IMG/VR virus record: IMGVR_UViG_2974637922_000001
Coordinates: 32,001-96,000 of that record
Source: a virus
Taxonomy: Duplodnaviria; Caudoviricetes
DNA: 64,000 nucleotides
Strand: one strand, 5' to 3'
Below the pieces are notes generated by a model, which did not search any database, was not told the origin of the DNA, and saw only the letters and a list, made by a program, of their open reading frames with translations. The position numbers and the translations under genes are program-made. Positions 1 to 8,568 of this stretch are shown here, piece by piece. How positions within the stretch are numbered: position 1 is the stretch's first letter; each line of letters opens with the position of its first letter.

Positions 1-1
1 A

Positions 2-268
2 ATGGAAGAAAACATGTCGATTTCGACAGAACTTCTAACCAGCATAAACGACGCTATGTATGTTGCTACTAACAACGCAGCTACTTACATGCATGGTGAT
101 AGAGGTGCTGACGCTATGTGTCTCCTAAACGAGTGGACTACAGAGGATGGTGAATGTTTACTCACACAATATGCAAAGGGTGAAGTATGTGAGCACATGG
201 GAACTTTCATGTTTATCAACCTAGAAGAAGAAACATGGGGTGAGTTTATTATATCCGATGTTGAGTAA
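2..268 (+). CDS. Hypothetical acidic protein (start may lie before the window)
   Basis: ORF track; at window edge. Confidence 0.6.
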   Translation: MEENMSISTELLTSINDAMYVATNNAATYMHGDRGADAMCLLNEWTTEDGECLLTQYAKGEVCEHMGTFMFINLEEETWGEFIISDVE

Positions 269-515
269 ACTATATACTACAGACAATTATTCAGGTACAA
301 TGAACCTAACTGAACATCAAAAGATTCAACTCTCACAATTTATTCATGAGTCGTTCTCTACATTCTATGAGGAGGAACTAAAGTTTCAAGTAGAAACTCT
401 AAAAGATGATGATAAGTTGGATTGGACTTATACAATCACACCAAGAGACTCAGGGGAGATTTATGATAAGGTTCAGGAATTATTCACACTGGAAAGGCGT
501 GTGACAGTAGAATAA
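240..515 (+). CDS. Hypothetical protein (true start probably 258 or 300)
   Basis: ORF track; stop lies inside dyad R1 (..VTVE*). Confidence 0.65.
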   Translation: MSLLYPMLSKLYTTDNYSGTMNLTEHQKIQLSQFIHESFSTFYEEELKFQVETLKDDDKLDWTYTITPRDSGEIYDKVQELFTLERRVTVE

Positions 516-581
516 GTGACACAAGGGGGGTTGGCAAACCCCCTTTTTGCTGCCATAATATACTCATACACACAAAGACCC
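500..581 (+). promoter_or_regulatory. Repeat R1: dyad + promoter with terminator-like hairpin
   Basis: TGTGACAGTAGAATAAGTGACACA; TTGGCA-N17-CATAAT; GGGGGTT-GGCA-AACCCCC-TTTTT. Confidence 0.9.
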
Positions 582-710
582 ATGAACGTCCCCAACTGGC
601 AGAAGCACTCCAAGAAAGACCAGAAGGGTCGCGGAGTGAGCAAGGGTCAGATGAGAGCCCGCAAACAGGCTCTACGTGCCCTGAAGGCAAAGCTCCTTGT
701 GACAGTCTAG
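582..710 (+). CDS. Small basic protein, 42 aa (MNVPNWQKHSKK..)
   Basis: ATG at the standard position after R1; stop inside R2. Confidence 0.75.
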   Translation: MNVPNWQKHSKKDQKGRGVSKGQMRARKQALRALKAKLLVTV

Positions 711-780
711 GAAGTGGCACAAGCCCCCTAGGCAAACCACCCCACACCTGCTATACTAAACACATACAAAGGAAACCACC
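698..780 (+). promoter_or_regulatory. Repeat R2
   Basis: TGTGACAGTCTAGGAAGTGGCACA; TAGGCA-N17-TATACT; AAAGGA SD. Confidence 0.9.
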
Positions 781-1191
781 ATGGCTCGTCACTCTGAAGT
801 TCTCATCCAAGGCACTGAAGTTCCCGGTCTTCGTATGATCGTAACCGTTCCAGTCGATCACACCTGGGCATCAGAAACCGCCGAGAGCATCTATGGATTT
901 GGTGGCAACACCCAATATATCTGGCGGAAGTCTTGGGAGACTAACCAACCCGCCCCCCGTGGTGGTGGTTCCTCCTCCTCTGGCATGGGTCCTGGAGCTA
1001 TCCTGATGGGGATGATTGGTCTTATCCTGGTTGCTGGTATTGGTTCCGCCTTCGAGGGTAACGACACCCCCTCAGCTCCTTCCTATGACGCTCCCGCACC
1101 TGTTGAGAGGTCATACGTTCCACAGGCACCCGCATCAACATCCTCCTACGATAACGGTCCTTGCCTCACAGCTAACTTTGAACCTTGTTAA
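781..1191 (+). CDS. Hypothetical protein with one TM helix and Pro/Ser-rich tail
   Basis: Follows R2 with SD; hydrophobic stretch AILMGMIGLILVAGIG. Confidence 0.75.
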   Translation: MARHSEVLIQGTEVPGLRMIVTVPVDHTWASETAESIYGFGGNTQYIWRKSWETNQPAPRGGGSSSSGMGPGAILMGMIGLILVAGIGSAFEGNDTPSAPSYDAPAPVERSYVPQAPASTSSYDNGPCLTANFEPC

Positions 1192-1192
1192 T

Positions 1193-1366
1193 ATGAAAGA
1201 CTTTCGTCCCCCACATCACACCACTACTAAAGAAGAGTGGGAGTTTATTTTCCAAACACAGATACATAACTGCGCCCAACTAAAGAACACAGAACTCCAA
1301 CGTTTTGTGTGTGTAGATAGTATGGGCAACAAAACTACCAAATACGTTATCGAATACAATGACTGA
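1193..1366 (+). CDS. Hypothetical protein, 57 aa (MKDFRPP..)
   Basis: ATG 1 nt after the previous stop; in frame with track ORF 1016..1366. Confidence 0.65.
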   Translation: MKDFRPPHHTTTKEEWEFIFQTQIHNCAQLKNTELQRFVCVDSMGNKTTKYVIEYND

Positions 1367-1649
1367 AAAAGAAGTAGAGCTACACTTTGGGAGTGAGTAT
1401 GAGGCTGGCATTGACTATGGGGATAGTGATGATTCAGACATTTTAGACTACACCAAAGAAGTAAGTGTCACACTAACCCGTTCAGATTGGAATTGGTTTG
1501 TTACACTGATGTCAGACTCCGTTAATAAGATGGAGGCTGCAGTTTCTGCACAAGGTATGGATGCTGAGTCCTTCCTTTCTATTGATGTTCTTCGCACTAT
1601 TCGTAATGAAATCGCAACTCAGAGTGGACTCACTCAATATATTGATTGA
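1359..1649 (+). CDS. Hypothetical acidic protein
   Basis: ORF track; overlapping operon packing. Confidence 0.7.
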   Translation: MTEKEVELHFGSEYEAGIDYGDSDDSDILDYTKEVSVTLTRSDWNWFVTLMSDSVNKMEAAVSAQGMDAESFLSIDVLRTIRNEIATQSGLTQYID

Positions 1650-1650
1650 G

Positions 1651-1923
1651 ATGCCAGTGGTGGCACCTAAAGGGTATCACTATGAGGCAGTAGAACACAA
1701 ACAAAATGTAGTGTCTATTTGGTTATGTGGGGGTCCAACATACCTCTACAAGATGGGAGAAACTGCTAGAACTATTCACTCCTTCTATAATATTAAGAAG
1801 AAAACCTGGTATGCACCTATCAACTGCAAGAAGCCAGGTAAGGAGGTATCAGTGGATAAGATACGACCTTACACATCAATGCAACTGAACTACAACCCTC
1901 TGGAGATGCTACTATATGGCTAA
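1651..1923 (+). CDS. Cyanophage-type hypothetical protein (APKGYHYE..YTSMQLNYNPLE)
   Basis: In frame with track ORF 1561..1923; motif recalled from cyanomyovirus hypotheticals. Confidence 0.7.
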   Translation: MPVVAPKGYHYEAVEHKQNVVSIWLCGGPTYLYKMGETARTIHSFYNIKKKTWYAPINCKKPGKEVSVDKIRPYTSMQLNYNPLEMLLYG

Positions 1924-1958
1924 ATATATGTTATAATATCATAACATATATCACGAAT

Positions 1959-2180
1959 ATGAAGTCCAAAGACCAATACAAGAAAGAGTTTCAATTCACA
2001 CTGAATACATCCGATGATAAGATCGCGGAAGAGAATATTCTTCACGATTTCGCCAGAGAGGTTTCAGTTATTGATGCTTTCCTACAAGGTGGGAAGGTAT
2101 CACTAAAGGAGGCAAAACAGCGTATCAAAGATGTATACAAAGTGTGGAAGAACTCACTGAAAAACAACAACCAAATGTAA
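1959..2180 (+). CDS. Hypothetical protein
   Basis: ORF track; preceded by extended -10 TGTTATAAT (1929-1937). Confidence 0.65.
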   Translation: MKSKDQYKKEFQFTLNTSDDKIAEENILHDFAREVSVIDAFLQGGKVSLKEAKQRIKDVYKVWKNSLKNNNQM

Positions 2181-2567
2181 ATGGAACCTTTCCTGCGAAT
2201 GGCTGTTGATGTAGCTGAGTCTTCACCTTCTAGAAAGAAGGTTGGAGCTGTTCTAATGAATAAGAACAAAGTTATAGCAACAGCCACAAATCATGATTGT
2301 AAATCACACCCTCTACAAGCAAAGTGGGCAGACCGTGTGGGACTATCTGAAAAGATATATCTACACGCTGAGATGTCAGCAATGATCAAAGCCCGTGATG
2401 ACTCAGACAAAATCGTTGTAGTTAGACTAGGAGGACATTCTGGTCACGAACTACGACAATCACGTCCTTGTCCTATATGTGAATCATACCTGAAATATTC
2501 GGGTATTGAACACGTATATTATTCCACTGGGAATAACAAATTTACCTATGAATACTGGGGGAAATGA
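2181..2567 (+). CDS. Zinc-dependent cytidine/dCMP deaminase family protein
   Basis: HAE (LHAEMSAM) and PCxxC (RPCPIC) motifs; VGAVL strand. Confidence 0.85.
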   Translation: MEPFLRMAVDVAESSPSRKKVGAVLMNKNKVIATATNHDCKSHPLQAKWADRVGLSEKIYLHAEMSAMIKARDDSDKIVVVRLGGHSGHELRQSRPCPICESYLKYSGIEHVYYSTGNNKFTYEYWGK

Positions 2568-2764
2568 TGGAAACGTTCACAGCAACTTGTCCCAAAGACT
2601 ACGACAGACATCACTATTCAGTTGTCAACAAAGACGGCACGAATAGGATGTTTAGTAGTTGGGAACTCGCACAGAGTTACTGGTGGCATACTAACAAACT
2701 TGGTACACTATCACACATCGATGTGATAGACTATAAAGAACAATCAAGAGGTTTTGGAGCATGA
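2564..2764 (+). CDS. Hypothetical protein
   Basis: ATGA-coupled ORF. Confidence 0.7.
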   Translation: MMETFTATCPKDYDRHHYSVVNKDGTNRMFSSWELAQSYWWHTNKLGTLSHIDVIDYKEQSRGFGA

Positions 2765-2979
2765 ACATGTTGGGTAAACAATCAGAGACTGGGATGAAAG
2801 TAACCTTTCTTGGTTATATCCCAGAACAAGTGAAGTTCGCAGGATCGGACACACCAGACAAACTGAATACCACTACAACATATACCATTGAACAGGTAAA
2901 ACGATTCAACTCGTATACCAAGATCAAACTAGTTGGTGATGATCTGTGGTATAATTCAGTTCACTTTAGAGTTACTTAA
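2761..2979 (+). CDS. Hypothetical protein (..WYNSVHF..)
   Basis: ATGA-coupled ORF. Confidence 0.7.
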   Translation: MNMLGKQSETGMKVTFLGYIPEQVKFAGSDTPDKLNTTTTYTIEQVKRFNSYTKIKLVGDDLWYNSVHFRVT

Positions 2980-3179
2980 TGGATAACATCTATGGGCGTG
3001 AGTATCACAGACATGCTGTTGATTACGCTCTGATGATAGGTGAGTTAGAAGGAACTTACACTCACCTGAAACGAATGTCTTACTTTGAGGATGCTGCTAT
3101 CCTTGAAGAAATGAAGAAACGTTACTACAAGATCTACTTCCGTACCTTACGTGAAGAAAGAGAAAAAGCAGAAAACTAA
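2979..3179 (+). CDS. Hypothetical protein
   Basis: TAATG-coupled ORF. Confidence 0.7.
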   Translation: MDNIYGREYHRHAVDYALMIGELEGTYTHLKRMSYFEDAAILEEMKKRYYKIYFRTLREEREKAEN

Positions 3180-3197
3180 CCTAATTGAGGATTTTGA

Positions 3198-3506
3198 ATG
3201 GTGTTAACTTGGACCGACGAAGAAAAGACAAACCTAACCCGTGCAGAGGTTAGTATTCATGGAGAGAATATCACTCCAGATAAACTAGACAACAAAACTC
3301 TACCAACAGATATTCACGTAGTTGAATATGAGATGGAAGGTGTAACTTACTACGACGCGGTTCGTGCATACAAGATGGTTAGTATCTTTGATGTTTATCA
3401 CGATAAGCTAAAAGGTGGTGGTAAAGTTGTTAGAATCACCAATGGGTATGGTAGCATTAGACCTAACCTGTGGAACAGCAATAAGAGTGAGAAGGGTGAT
3501 GAGTGA
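3198..3506 (+). CDS. Cyanophage-type hypothetical protein (LPTD..DAVRAYKMVSIFDVYHD..GYGSIRPNLW)
   Basis: SD GAGG; motif recalled from cyanomyovirus hypotheticals. Confidence 0.75.
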   Translation: MVLTWTDEEKTNLTRAEVSIHGENITPDKLDNKTLPTDIHVVEYEMEGVTYYDAVRAYKMVSIFDVYHDKLKGGGKVVRITNGYGSIRPNLWNSNKSEKGDE

Positions 3507-3678
3507 GAGGAAGGCAGAGGACTGGATTAGTGAGTGGAAAGGAATGAATGATGAGTTCATTGAAGAAGACACTATGTTCAGACTTGACATTCCTTCCACT
3601 GAAAAGACACAAGAATGGATGGATAGAGAACCATTAATCTTAAAAGTAGATCACTCGAAGTATTATTTTGATGACTGA
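3499..3678 (+). CDS. Hypothetical protein, 59 aa
   Basis: In frame with track ORF 3415..3678; coupled start. Confidence 0.6.
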   Translation: MSERKAEDWISEWKGMNDEFIEEDTMFRLDIPSTEKTQEWMDREPLILKVDHSKYYFDD

Positions 3679-3874
3679 AGAAGATCTAATGATCAACTGG
3701 AAACAGAAGATGATGAAACATTGCACCCACGATTGGGAAAAGCAACTATTACGTGAAGGTGCCACATCATCTGTGACAGCAATGGGTATAATGTCACTAA
3801 AGAAACGATACAAAAAGATTATGGGTATTGATGATGATCCAAAGCCACCTGTAGTTCAGTATGCTTCATATTGA
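3668..3874 (+). CDS. Hypothetical protein
   Basis: ORF track; stop inside R3. Confidence 0.7.
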   Translation: MMTEEDLMINWKQKMMKHCTHDWEKQLLREGATSSVTAMGIMSLKKRYKKIMGIDDDPKPPVVQYASY

Positions 3875-3954
3875 CACTTGAATAACTGGCACAAGGGGGG
3901 TAGGCACCCCCCTTTTTTGTGCCATAATACAGAGGTAAACAACGGGAACCACCC
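3870..3954 (+). promoter_or_regulatory. Repeat R3 with terminator-like hairpin
   Basis: ATTGACACTTGAATAACTGGCACA; GGGGGGT-AGGC-ACCCCCC-TTTTTT; TGCCATAAT. Confidence 0.85.
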
Positions 3955-4332
3955 ATGCAACTACCTACCCCCCTGCTAAACAGAGGTTACACTATAAACG
4001 GCAATACTGCCAGTAGGGTATATCAGCACGGTTTTAGAGTAGAGTTAGAGGCACTAACTACCCTAAACATGCCCATAGGTTTACTAAACTATATTATAAA
4101 CGAAAACGATATAGAGTGCCCCTGGGCACCAGCAGATGTAGAGCAGTTTGATACTATCTGGCACTATACTGTTACAGATATTAGAGGTGAGATACTAGAT
4201 AATACATATGGTTTTACAACCTATTATATGTTTGACTCTATTAGAGAGATACATAACGCACTAACAGATATTACAGTAGATAATGCGTTAGATATTATGA
4301 ATGGCACATCTGAACTATATGCCACCTGCTAA
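3955..4332 (+). CDS. Hypothetical lysine-free protein with skewed k-mer content
   Basis: Single-gene cassette between R3 and R4. Confidence 0.8.
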   Translation: MQLPTPLLNRGYTINGNTASRVYQHGFRVELEALTTLNMPIGLLNYIINENDIECPWAPADVEQFDTIWHYTVTDIRGEILDNTYGFTTYYMFDSIREIHNALTDITVDNALDIMNGTSELYATC

Positions 4333-4399
4333 ACTGGCACAGGGGGGCTAGGCACAGCCCCCTACACCTGCTATACTAAACACATACCAAACCAATACT
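4318..4399 (+). promoter_or_regulatory. Repeat R4
   Basis: TATGCCACCTGCTAAACTGGCACA; TAGGCA...TGCTATACT. Confidence 0.85.
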
Positions 4400-4576
4400 A
4401 TGTTTGAATTGATGTTATTGGCGGGGGTGGCATTCACACCTCTCCAAGGATCAGAAACTATCAATCAATTTTGTTCTGAAGTTGTTGGTATCCCATACGC
4501 CAGTGATAACTTCACTGATGAAGAATGGGAACGTTTTACTTATTGTCGCGAATCTATCAAGGTACCTCAAAAATGA
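4400..4576 (+). CDS. Small protein, 58 aa (MFELMLLAGV..IPYASDNFTDEEWERF..)
   Basis: Hand-translated; ATG at the standard position after R4; ATGA overlap with next gene. Confidence 0.75.
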   Translation: MFELMLLAGVAFTPLQGSETINQFCSEVVGIPYASDNFTDEEWERFTYCRESIKVPQK

Positions 4577-4857
4577 AATCAGTTATGTCTGGCGTTTATG
4601 GTGCTCTAATTGGCACCGCTTCTGCTATTGTTGTATTTGCTGGGTTGGAGTTCTTCTTCCCTACTCAAGATACATACACAGTTGATCTCAACAAAAGAGA
4701 AACTACTTCCCTAAAGATGTCTGTTATTCGCACACCCTGTGGATATGATTATTGTTTCATTCCTGCTATCAAGGAAGGAGAAGCAATTGAGATTGAAACA
4801 CATAACCCAAACCCTGAGCCCGGTTTCCTTCGCCCTGTAGAATCTACTGATTACTGA
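4573..4857 (+). CDS. Hypothetical protein with N-terminal TM helix
   Basis: In frame with track ORF 4525..4857; coupled start. Confidence 0.7.
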   Translation: MKSVMSGVYGALIGTASAIVVFAGLEFFFPTQDTYTVDLNKRETTSLKMSVIRTPCGYDYCFIPAIKEGEAIEIETHNPNPEPGFLRPVESTDY

Positions 4858-4858
4858 T

Positions 4859-5068
4859 ATGGATTATCAACCCCCAACTCTCTGTATTCGGAGTATTGAA
4901 CCAGCTACAACTCCCGGTAGGTTCTTGTTAGATATGCCTTCACTTTGGAGAGAACCAGGAGCATTAGAGGTGGATCAATATACCATCGATTATGTTACTG
5001 GTGGGAAATATGAGGTTCCTAAATGTCCCCCAGGTTATCCAAATCCACCAACCCCCGATACACAATGA
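4859..5068 (+). CDS. Hypothetical Pro-rich protein
   Basis: ORF track. Confidence 0.65.
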   Translation: MDYQPPTLCIRSIEPATTPGRFLLDMPSLWREPGALEVDQYTIDYVTGGKYEVPKCPPGYPNPPTPDTQ

Positions 5069-5181
5069 CACCCGAAGAATTTGAAGAGAACGCAAGAATT
5101 ATCACGGGTGACCCAACATGGTCCCTAGATGATGATGTGACAGTTGAGGAAGTGGCACACACTTCCCCGCAAACACCCTGA
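5065..5181 (+). CDS. Small ORF, 38 aa, reading through dyad R5
   Basis: Hand-translated MTPEEFEENARIITGDPTWSLDDDVTVEEVAHTSPQTP; ATGA-coupled. Confidence 0.45.
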   Translation: MTPEEFEENARIITGDPTWSLDDDVTVEEVAHTSPQTP

Positions 5182-5254
5182 AACCTGTTATCTTATAGGA
5201 GTGGGAGAGATACACCCCCCACACCAAACAAACCCCCTACAACCCCTTCTAAGT
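5136..5254 (+). promoter_or_regulatory. Repeat R5 (divergent -10, long leader)
   Basis: TGTGACAGTTGAGGAAGTGGCACA; TGTTATCTT at the -10 position. Confidence 0.8.
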
Positions 5255-5605
5255 ATGAATCTCAAGGCACTGGCACTCACTTCCGTTCTCGCCGTTGGTG
5301 GCATCTTTGGATCAGTTGCACCAGCATCAGCTGGCACCTGTTGGTTTGAAAACTACAGTGGTAGTTTGTCTCCAACATATTGTTCCACATATGTTAGGAC
5401 TAACGCTAACGGACACAGGGTTGTGGATGTTGTTGACTATGAAGGAACCGCAATGACGTTGGTATTCTGGACTGATAGTTCAGTTGAGATTCTCTACACT
5501 AACGGGCAATACAATGGTAACCGAGTTGTGGCAACTTGGTACTTCGATGATGATGGTGACCGTCGCATCTACGTTGGTGACTTTGAAATGAGTCTCCGAG
5601 TTTGA
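5255..5605 (+). CDS. Predicted exported protein (signal peptide MNLKALALTSVLAVGG..APASA)
   Basis: Start after R5 leader; n/h/c signal peptide with AxA. Confidence 0.8.
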   Translation: MNLKALALTSVLAVGGIFGSVAPASAGTCWFENYSGSLSPTYCSTYVRTNANGHRVVDVVDYEGTAMTLVFWTDSSVEILYTNGQYNGNRVVATWYFDDDGDRRIYVGDFEMSLRV

Positions 5606-5612
5606 TAACACT

Positions 5613-5637
5613 GGAGGGTTTATAACCCTCCTTTTTT
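5613..5637 (+). terminator. Intrinsic terminator
   Basis: GGAGGGTT-TAT-AACCCTCC-TTTTTT. Confidence 0.85.
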
Positions 5638-5645
5638 ATGCCATG

Positions 5646-5674
5646 TTGCCATTGTAGTTGATATGTGTTATAAT
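5646..5674 (+). promoter_or_regulatory. sigma70-type promoter without dyad
   Basis: TTGCCA-N17-TATAAT with extended TG. Confidence 0.7.
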
Positions 5675-5699
5675 ACCTTTGTCAGGATCAGTAGGGATT

Positions 5700-5966
5700 A
5701 TGAAACGCAAAGCAACCAGGAACTTCGACCTTAGAATAAGGTTAGACGGCAACAAGTGGAAGGTAGTTCAGTTAGAAGAAGGTAAGATTATTACCCCAGC
5801 TAAGTTGAAAGAACTGAACGATAGACAGATAAGAGATTATACAGAAGAAGTTAAAGAGGTTGACTTAAGTTTTCTATCACCAGAAGATAAGCGTTACTAC
5901 CGTAAACATAAGTCTAATCCAGATATGGATTGGGCTCTAGATATTCTCTCCTACCCCCCCAACTAA
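5700..5966 (+). CDS. Hypothetical basic protein (MKRKATRNF..)
   Basis: In frame with track ORF 5658..5966; ATG after promoter. Confidence 0.7.
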   Translation: MKRKATRNFDLRIRLDGNKWKVVQLEEGKIITPAKLKELNDRQIRDYTEEVKEVDLSFLSPEDKRYYRKHKSNPDMDWALDILSYPPN

Positions 5967-6131
5967 ATGAAAAGCAACTACCTTCTTCTAATGTCTCACT
6001 GGAAACGAGCAATGACTATGGGTAAGAAACAAGAAGCTGAAGACCTTATGTTACAAATCAAGGAGATAGTTTCTTCTGGTAATGTAACAGATAAGGAGAT
6101 AACAGCAGGTAAGTTTATTGGTTGGCGTTAA
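5967..6131 (+). CDS. Small protein, 54 aa (MKSNYLLL..)
   Basis: Hand-translated; abuts the previous stop. Confidence 0.6.
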   Translation: MKSNYLLLMSHWKRAMTMGKKQEAEDLMLQIKEIVSSGNVTDKEITAGKFIGWR

Positions 6132-6146
6132 GTAACATAAACTCAG

Positions 6147-6292
6147 TTTTCCATAACGGGGATGGCAGGGACTACCTACCGTCCCTTTTTTATGAAAATA
6201 TGGATTTTTACGAGTTTGGGTCTAGTGCCTGACTGGGTTCTCAGGGAGCAACAAACCCCATATCACCCTGATACCACCCCCCTACACAAAAC
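6147..6292 (+). repeat. Second repeat family, copy A (multi-block non-coding element)
   Basis: Blocks TTTTCCATA, GGCA, CCTACC, ATATGG, GTCTAGTG, TCTCAG, ACAAA, TCACCC, ATACCACCCC, CAAAAC are colinear with 15378-15524 at offset 9231-9232. Confidence 0.8.
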
Positions 6293-6302
6293 CACAAACT
6301 AT

Positions 6303-6408
6303 TGTGCCAGTTGGACTAGTGGCACAACCCCCCTAGGCAAGACCTCCCCTATCGTGTATTGTATAGAAGTGGAGGGGAAACCCACCACACAAACCACTAA
6401 CTAACCAA
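6303..6408 (+). promoter_or_regulatory. Repeat R6
   Basis: TGTGCCAGTTGGACTAGTGGCACA; TAGGCA; divergent -10. Confidence 0.8.
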
Positions 6409-6591
6409 ATGAACCGCATCCAACTCAACAAAGAACTCACACAACTTCGCGAAGAACGTGAAAAAGCACAACGTGAAGTTGATAACATCCAAGGATGTAT
6501 GAATGAGTTAATGAGGAAGCGAAATGAGTTGGATATGGAACAAGAAGAGCGTTCAGGTCAGATGTTATTCGACCAGATGTTCGGAGGTTGA
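6409..6591 (+). CDS. Small coiled-coil protein (..LFDQMFGG)
   Basis: Follows R6. Confidence 0.75.
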   Translation: MNRIQLNKELTQLREEREKAQREVDNIQGCMNELMRKRNELDMEQEERSGQMLFDQMFGG

Positions 6592-6620
6592 GTTAGTAAC
6601 ACAAACTATTCACTAAAACA

Positions 6621-6866
6621 ATGAACACAACAACAATCAACATTCTCAAATCACTGGACATTCTTTCCACTTTGATTCAAGCATTCTATGAGATTGGATA
6701 TGAACTTGGCACCTTCTATCGCGACCATCTCCATTCACATGTAAAGTTTGCTATTGAATACTCTGGTCTCGTTATTCGTGAGACCTATAGTAACCGCCAA
6801 GAGTATTTCACAAAACTGAATAACCTTCGCAACCAAGCTGGTTCATACTTTGTCTATAGCGTGTGA
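6621..6866 (+). CDS. Hypothetical protein
   Basis: ORF track; stop GTG-TGA formed by dyad R7. Confidence 0.7.
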   Translation: MNTTTINILKSLDILSTLIQAFYEIGYELGTFYRDHLHSHVKFAIEYSGLVIRETYSNRQEYFTKLNNLRNQAGSYFVYSV

Positions 6867-6946
6867 CAGTTGGGGAAGTGGCACAAGCCCCCTAGGCAAA
6901 CCCCTCAGGGGGTGCTATACTATATTCATACCAAAGGGAACCACCC
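6862..6946 (+). promoter_or_regulatory. Repeat R7
   Basis: TGTGACAGTTGGGGAAGTGGCACA; TAGGCA...TGCTATACT. Confidence 0.9.
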
Positions 6947-7189
6947 ATGACTCATCTTTCCTTCACTCAGACCACACAAAACGCACTCCGTGAGTTAGAT
7001 CGTTTAGAGGGAATTAAAGTTAGACTCGCTGGTCTGATTGTTGATCTTAAAGAGACACCATCAGCTAACTCTGAAACTTGGGTCAGGATGTATACTGACC
7101 GCCTCGTTTCTAATGTTATCCCAGCCATCAAGGAAGTTAAAGAATATCTCACTAGTCAGGATGCACTAGTTACCAAAGCATCCAACTGA
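6947..7189 (+). CDS. Hypothetical protein
   Basis: Cassette R7-R8. Confidence 0.75.
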   Translation: MTHLSFTQTTQNALRELDRLEGIKVRLAGLIVDLKETPSANSETWVRMYTDRLVSNVIPAIKEVKEYLTSQDALVTKASN

Positions 7190-7266
7190 GATACTGGCAC
7201 AAGGGGGGTTGGCAAGACCCCTCAAAACCCCTATACTAAACACATACCAAACAAAGGGAACAACCC
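7178..7266 (+). promoter_or_regulatory. Repeat R8 (left arm degenerate)
   Basis: ...ACTGGCACA; TTGGCA...TATACT. Confidence 0.85.
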
Positions 7267-7518
7267 ATGGCTCAACAAATCAAAATGAGAACACGAGTTT
7301 ATTCTGATGTGACAGTAAGAGATCCACAGAGATATTATGATAGCGTGTTTCAGGGTTATAATGAGTATTGGACACTATTAGAATCAGATGATCCAAAGTG
7401 TATCTTAGTTGAGACTACAGCACAATATGATCTTAACCTGGAAGGACTGAGTTCCTTATATGATATGATCACACCTGAAATGTATCAGTCAACATACAGA
7501 ACTTATATTGAAGTCTAA
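7267..7518 (+). CDS. Hypothetical protein
   Basis: Cassette R8-R9. Confidence 0.75.
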   Translation: MAQQIKMRTRVYSDVTVRDPQRYYDSVFQGYNEYWTLLESDDPKCILVETTAQYDLNLEGLSSLYDMITPEMYQSTYRTYIEV

Positions 7519-7520
7519 GA

Positions 7521-7603
7521 TGTGACAGTTGGGGAAGTGGCACACGCTTCCCCACAAACCACTCCATACCTGCTATACTAAACACATACCAAAGGAAACC
7601 AAC
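7521..7603 (+). promoter_or_regulatory. Repeat R9
   Basis: TGTGACAGTTGGGGAAGTGGCACA; TGCTATACT. Confidence 0.9.
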
Positions 7604-7801
7604 ATGGTTATCGACACTGAAAACTATTTCACCACTGACAACGATCTTCTTCAGACAGTATCACAATTCATTCTCTCACTGAATAATAAATTGATCAGTC
7701 AGAATGTGAACTTTATGGAGTCTATTGGCGTTGATACTTTGACTGACTTCAACCAACAACTCATCCTTGAATGTGAAGAATACAAGTGTTATGATGTATA
7801 A
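7604..7801 (+). CDS. Hypothetical acidic protein (MVIDTENY..)
   Basis: ATG after R9 leader; in frame with track ORF 7529..7801. Confidence 0.7.
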   Translation: MVIDTENYFTTDNDLLQTVSQFILSLNNKLISQNVNFMESIGVDTLTDFNQQLILECEEYKCYDV

Positions 7802-7938
7802 TGAGATTACTTATTCTCTTCTTGTTTGTTACTGGGTTTCTAGTCCTTAGATTCGGAGTTGTCCCCCATGACAACTACGTATTCGATTGTGATAATATCC
7901 CACAAACAACAATCAACACCATCGCCTGTGGTGGTTAA
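7801..7938 (+). CDS. Small membrane/exported protein, 45 aa
   Basis: Hand-translated MRLLILFLFVTGFLVLRFG..; TAATG coupling. Confidence 0.55.
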   Translation: MRLLILFLFVTGFLVLRFGVVPHDNYVFDCDNIPQTTINTIACGG

Positions 7939-7961
7939 CACTCAACCTCAACTATTTCACC

Positions 7962-8471
7962 ATGACTGATACCAACAAGGCTCAAACAATTGAAGAGCTG
8001 AAAGCTGAAGTTTCTGAACTGAAGGCAGCTAGGAAGGAAGAACTTCTGGCACAGGCAGAACAACGAAAGCAAGATGAGGAACTTCGTTCACTCGAACTTC
8101 AGAAACAAGCTCTAGAAAGTGGTTCCCTCCCCTCCCCCACAGGCACACCTCAGTCACTACAACGTAGGATGACTGATATTGAAAACGCACGAGTTCGCAC
8201 CTGGGCATATGCACTAGGAGCTTATTTCACTGGTCCTATCATGCCAGCTGTGGTGGCTAATCGTACTAAGAATTGGACACCTTTCTGGGCTGGATTGGGT
8301 CTTGGTATTGTATCTCTCCCCCTAGCATTTGCTGACCTTGGTATCATCTCCTCTGTTCCTGCAGCTGCTTTAGGAACTGTACTTCAGGCTCAGAAATCTA
8401 ACAAGAAGCGTGAGGAGTTGGGTATTGTTTCCCCTGAGGAAGCTGACCTTCTCCGTTTCAAACAGTTCTGA
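7962..8471 (+). CDS. Coiled-coil plus membrane protein
   Basis: N-terminal heptads, C-terminal hydrophobic segments. Confidence 0.75.
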   Translation: MTDTNKAQTIEELKAEVSELKAARKEELLAQAEQRKQDEELRSLELQKQALESGSLPSPTGTPQSLQRRMTDIENARVRTWAYALGAYFTGPIMPAVVANRTKNWTPFWAGLGLGIVSLPLAFADLGIISSVPAAALGTVLQAQKSNKKREELGIVSPEEADLLRFKQF

Positions 8472-8568
8472 TTAAGTTACATCTCTGACCTCCTCAGTTT
8501 ATACTGACGACTAAACCAACTGAGAGCGCTGGTCCCCTCTCACAACTCACCTTATCTAACTATCTACT

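Noticed and set aside
698-721. Dyad as a CRP or NtcA site
   Set aside because: CRP is TGTGA-N6-TCACA and NtcA is GTA-N8-TAC; here the TGTGA/GCACA spacing is 14 nt
6162-6404. ORFs 6162..6404 and 15457..15708 as genes
   Set aside because: They run over a terminator, the second repeat family, R6 or a better ORF; no clear SD; decayed-paralog origin not fully excluded
8490-8545. Hammerhead-like CTGACGA with flanking hairpins
   Set aside because: No GAAA core at the required position; only short inverted repeats
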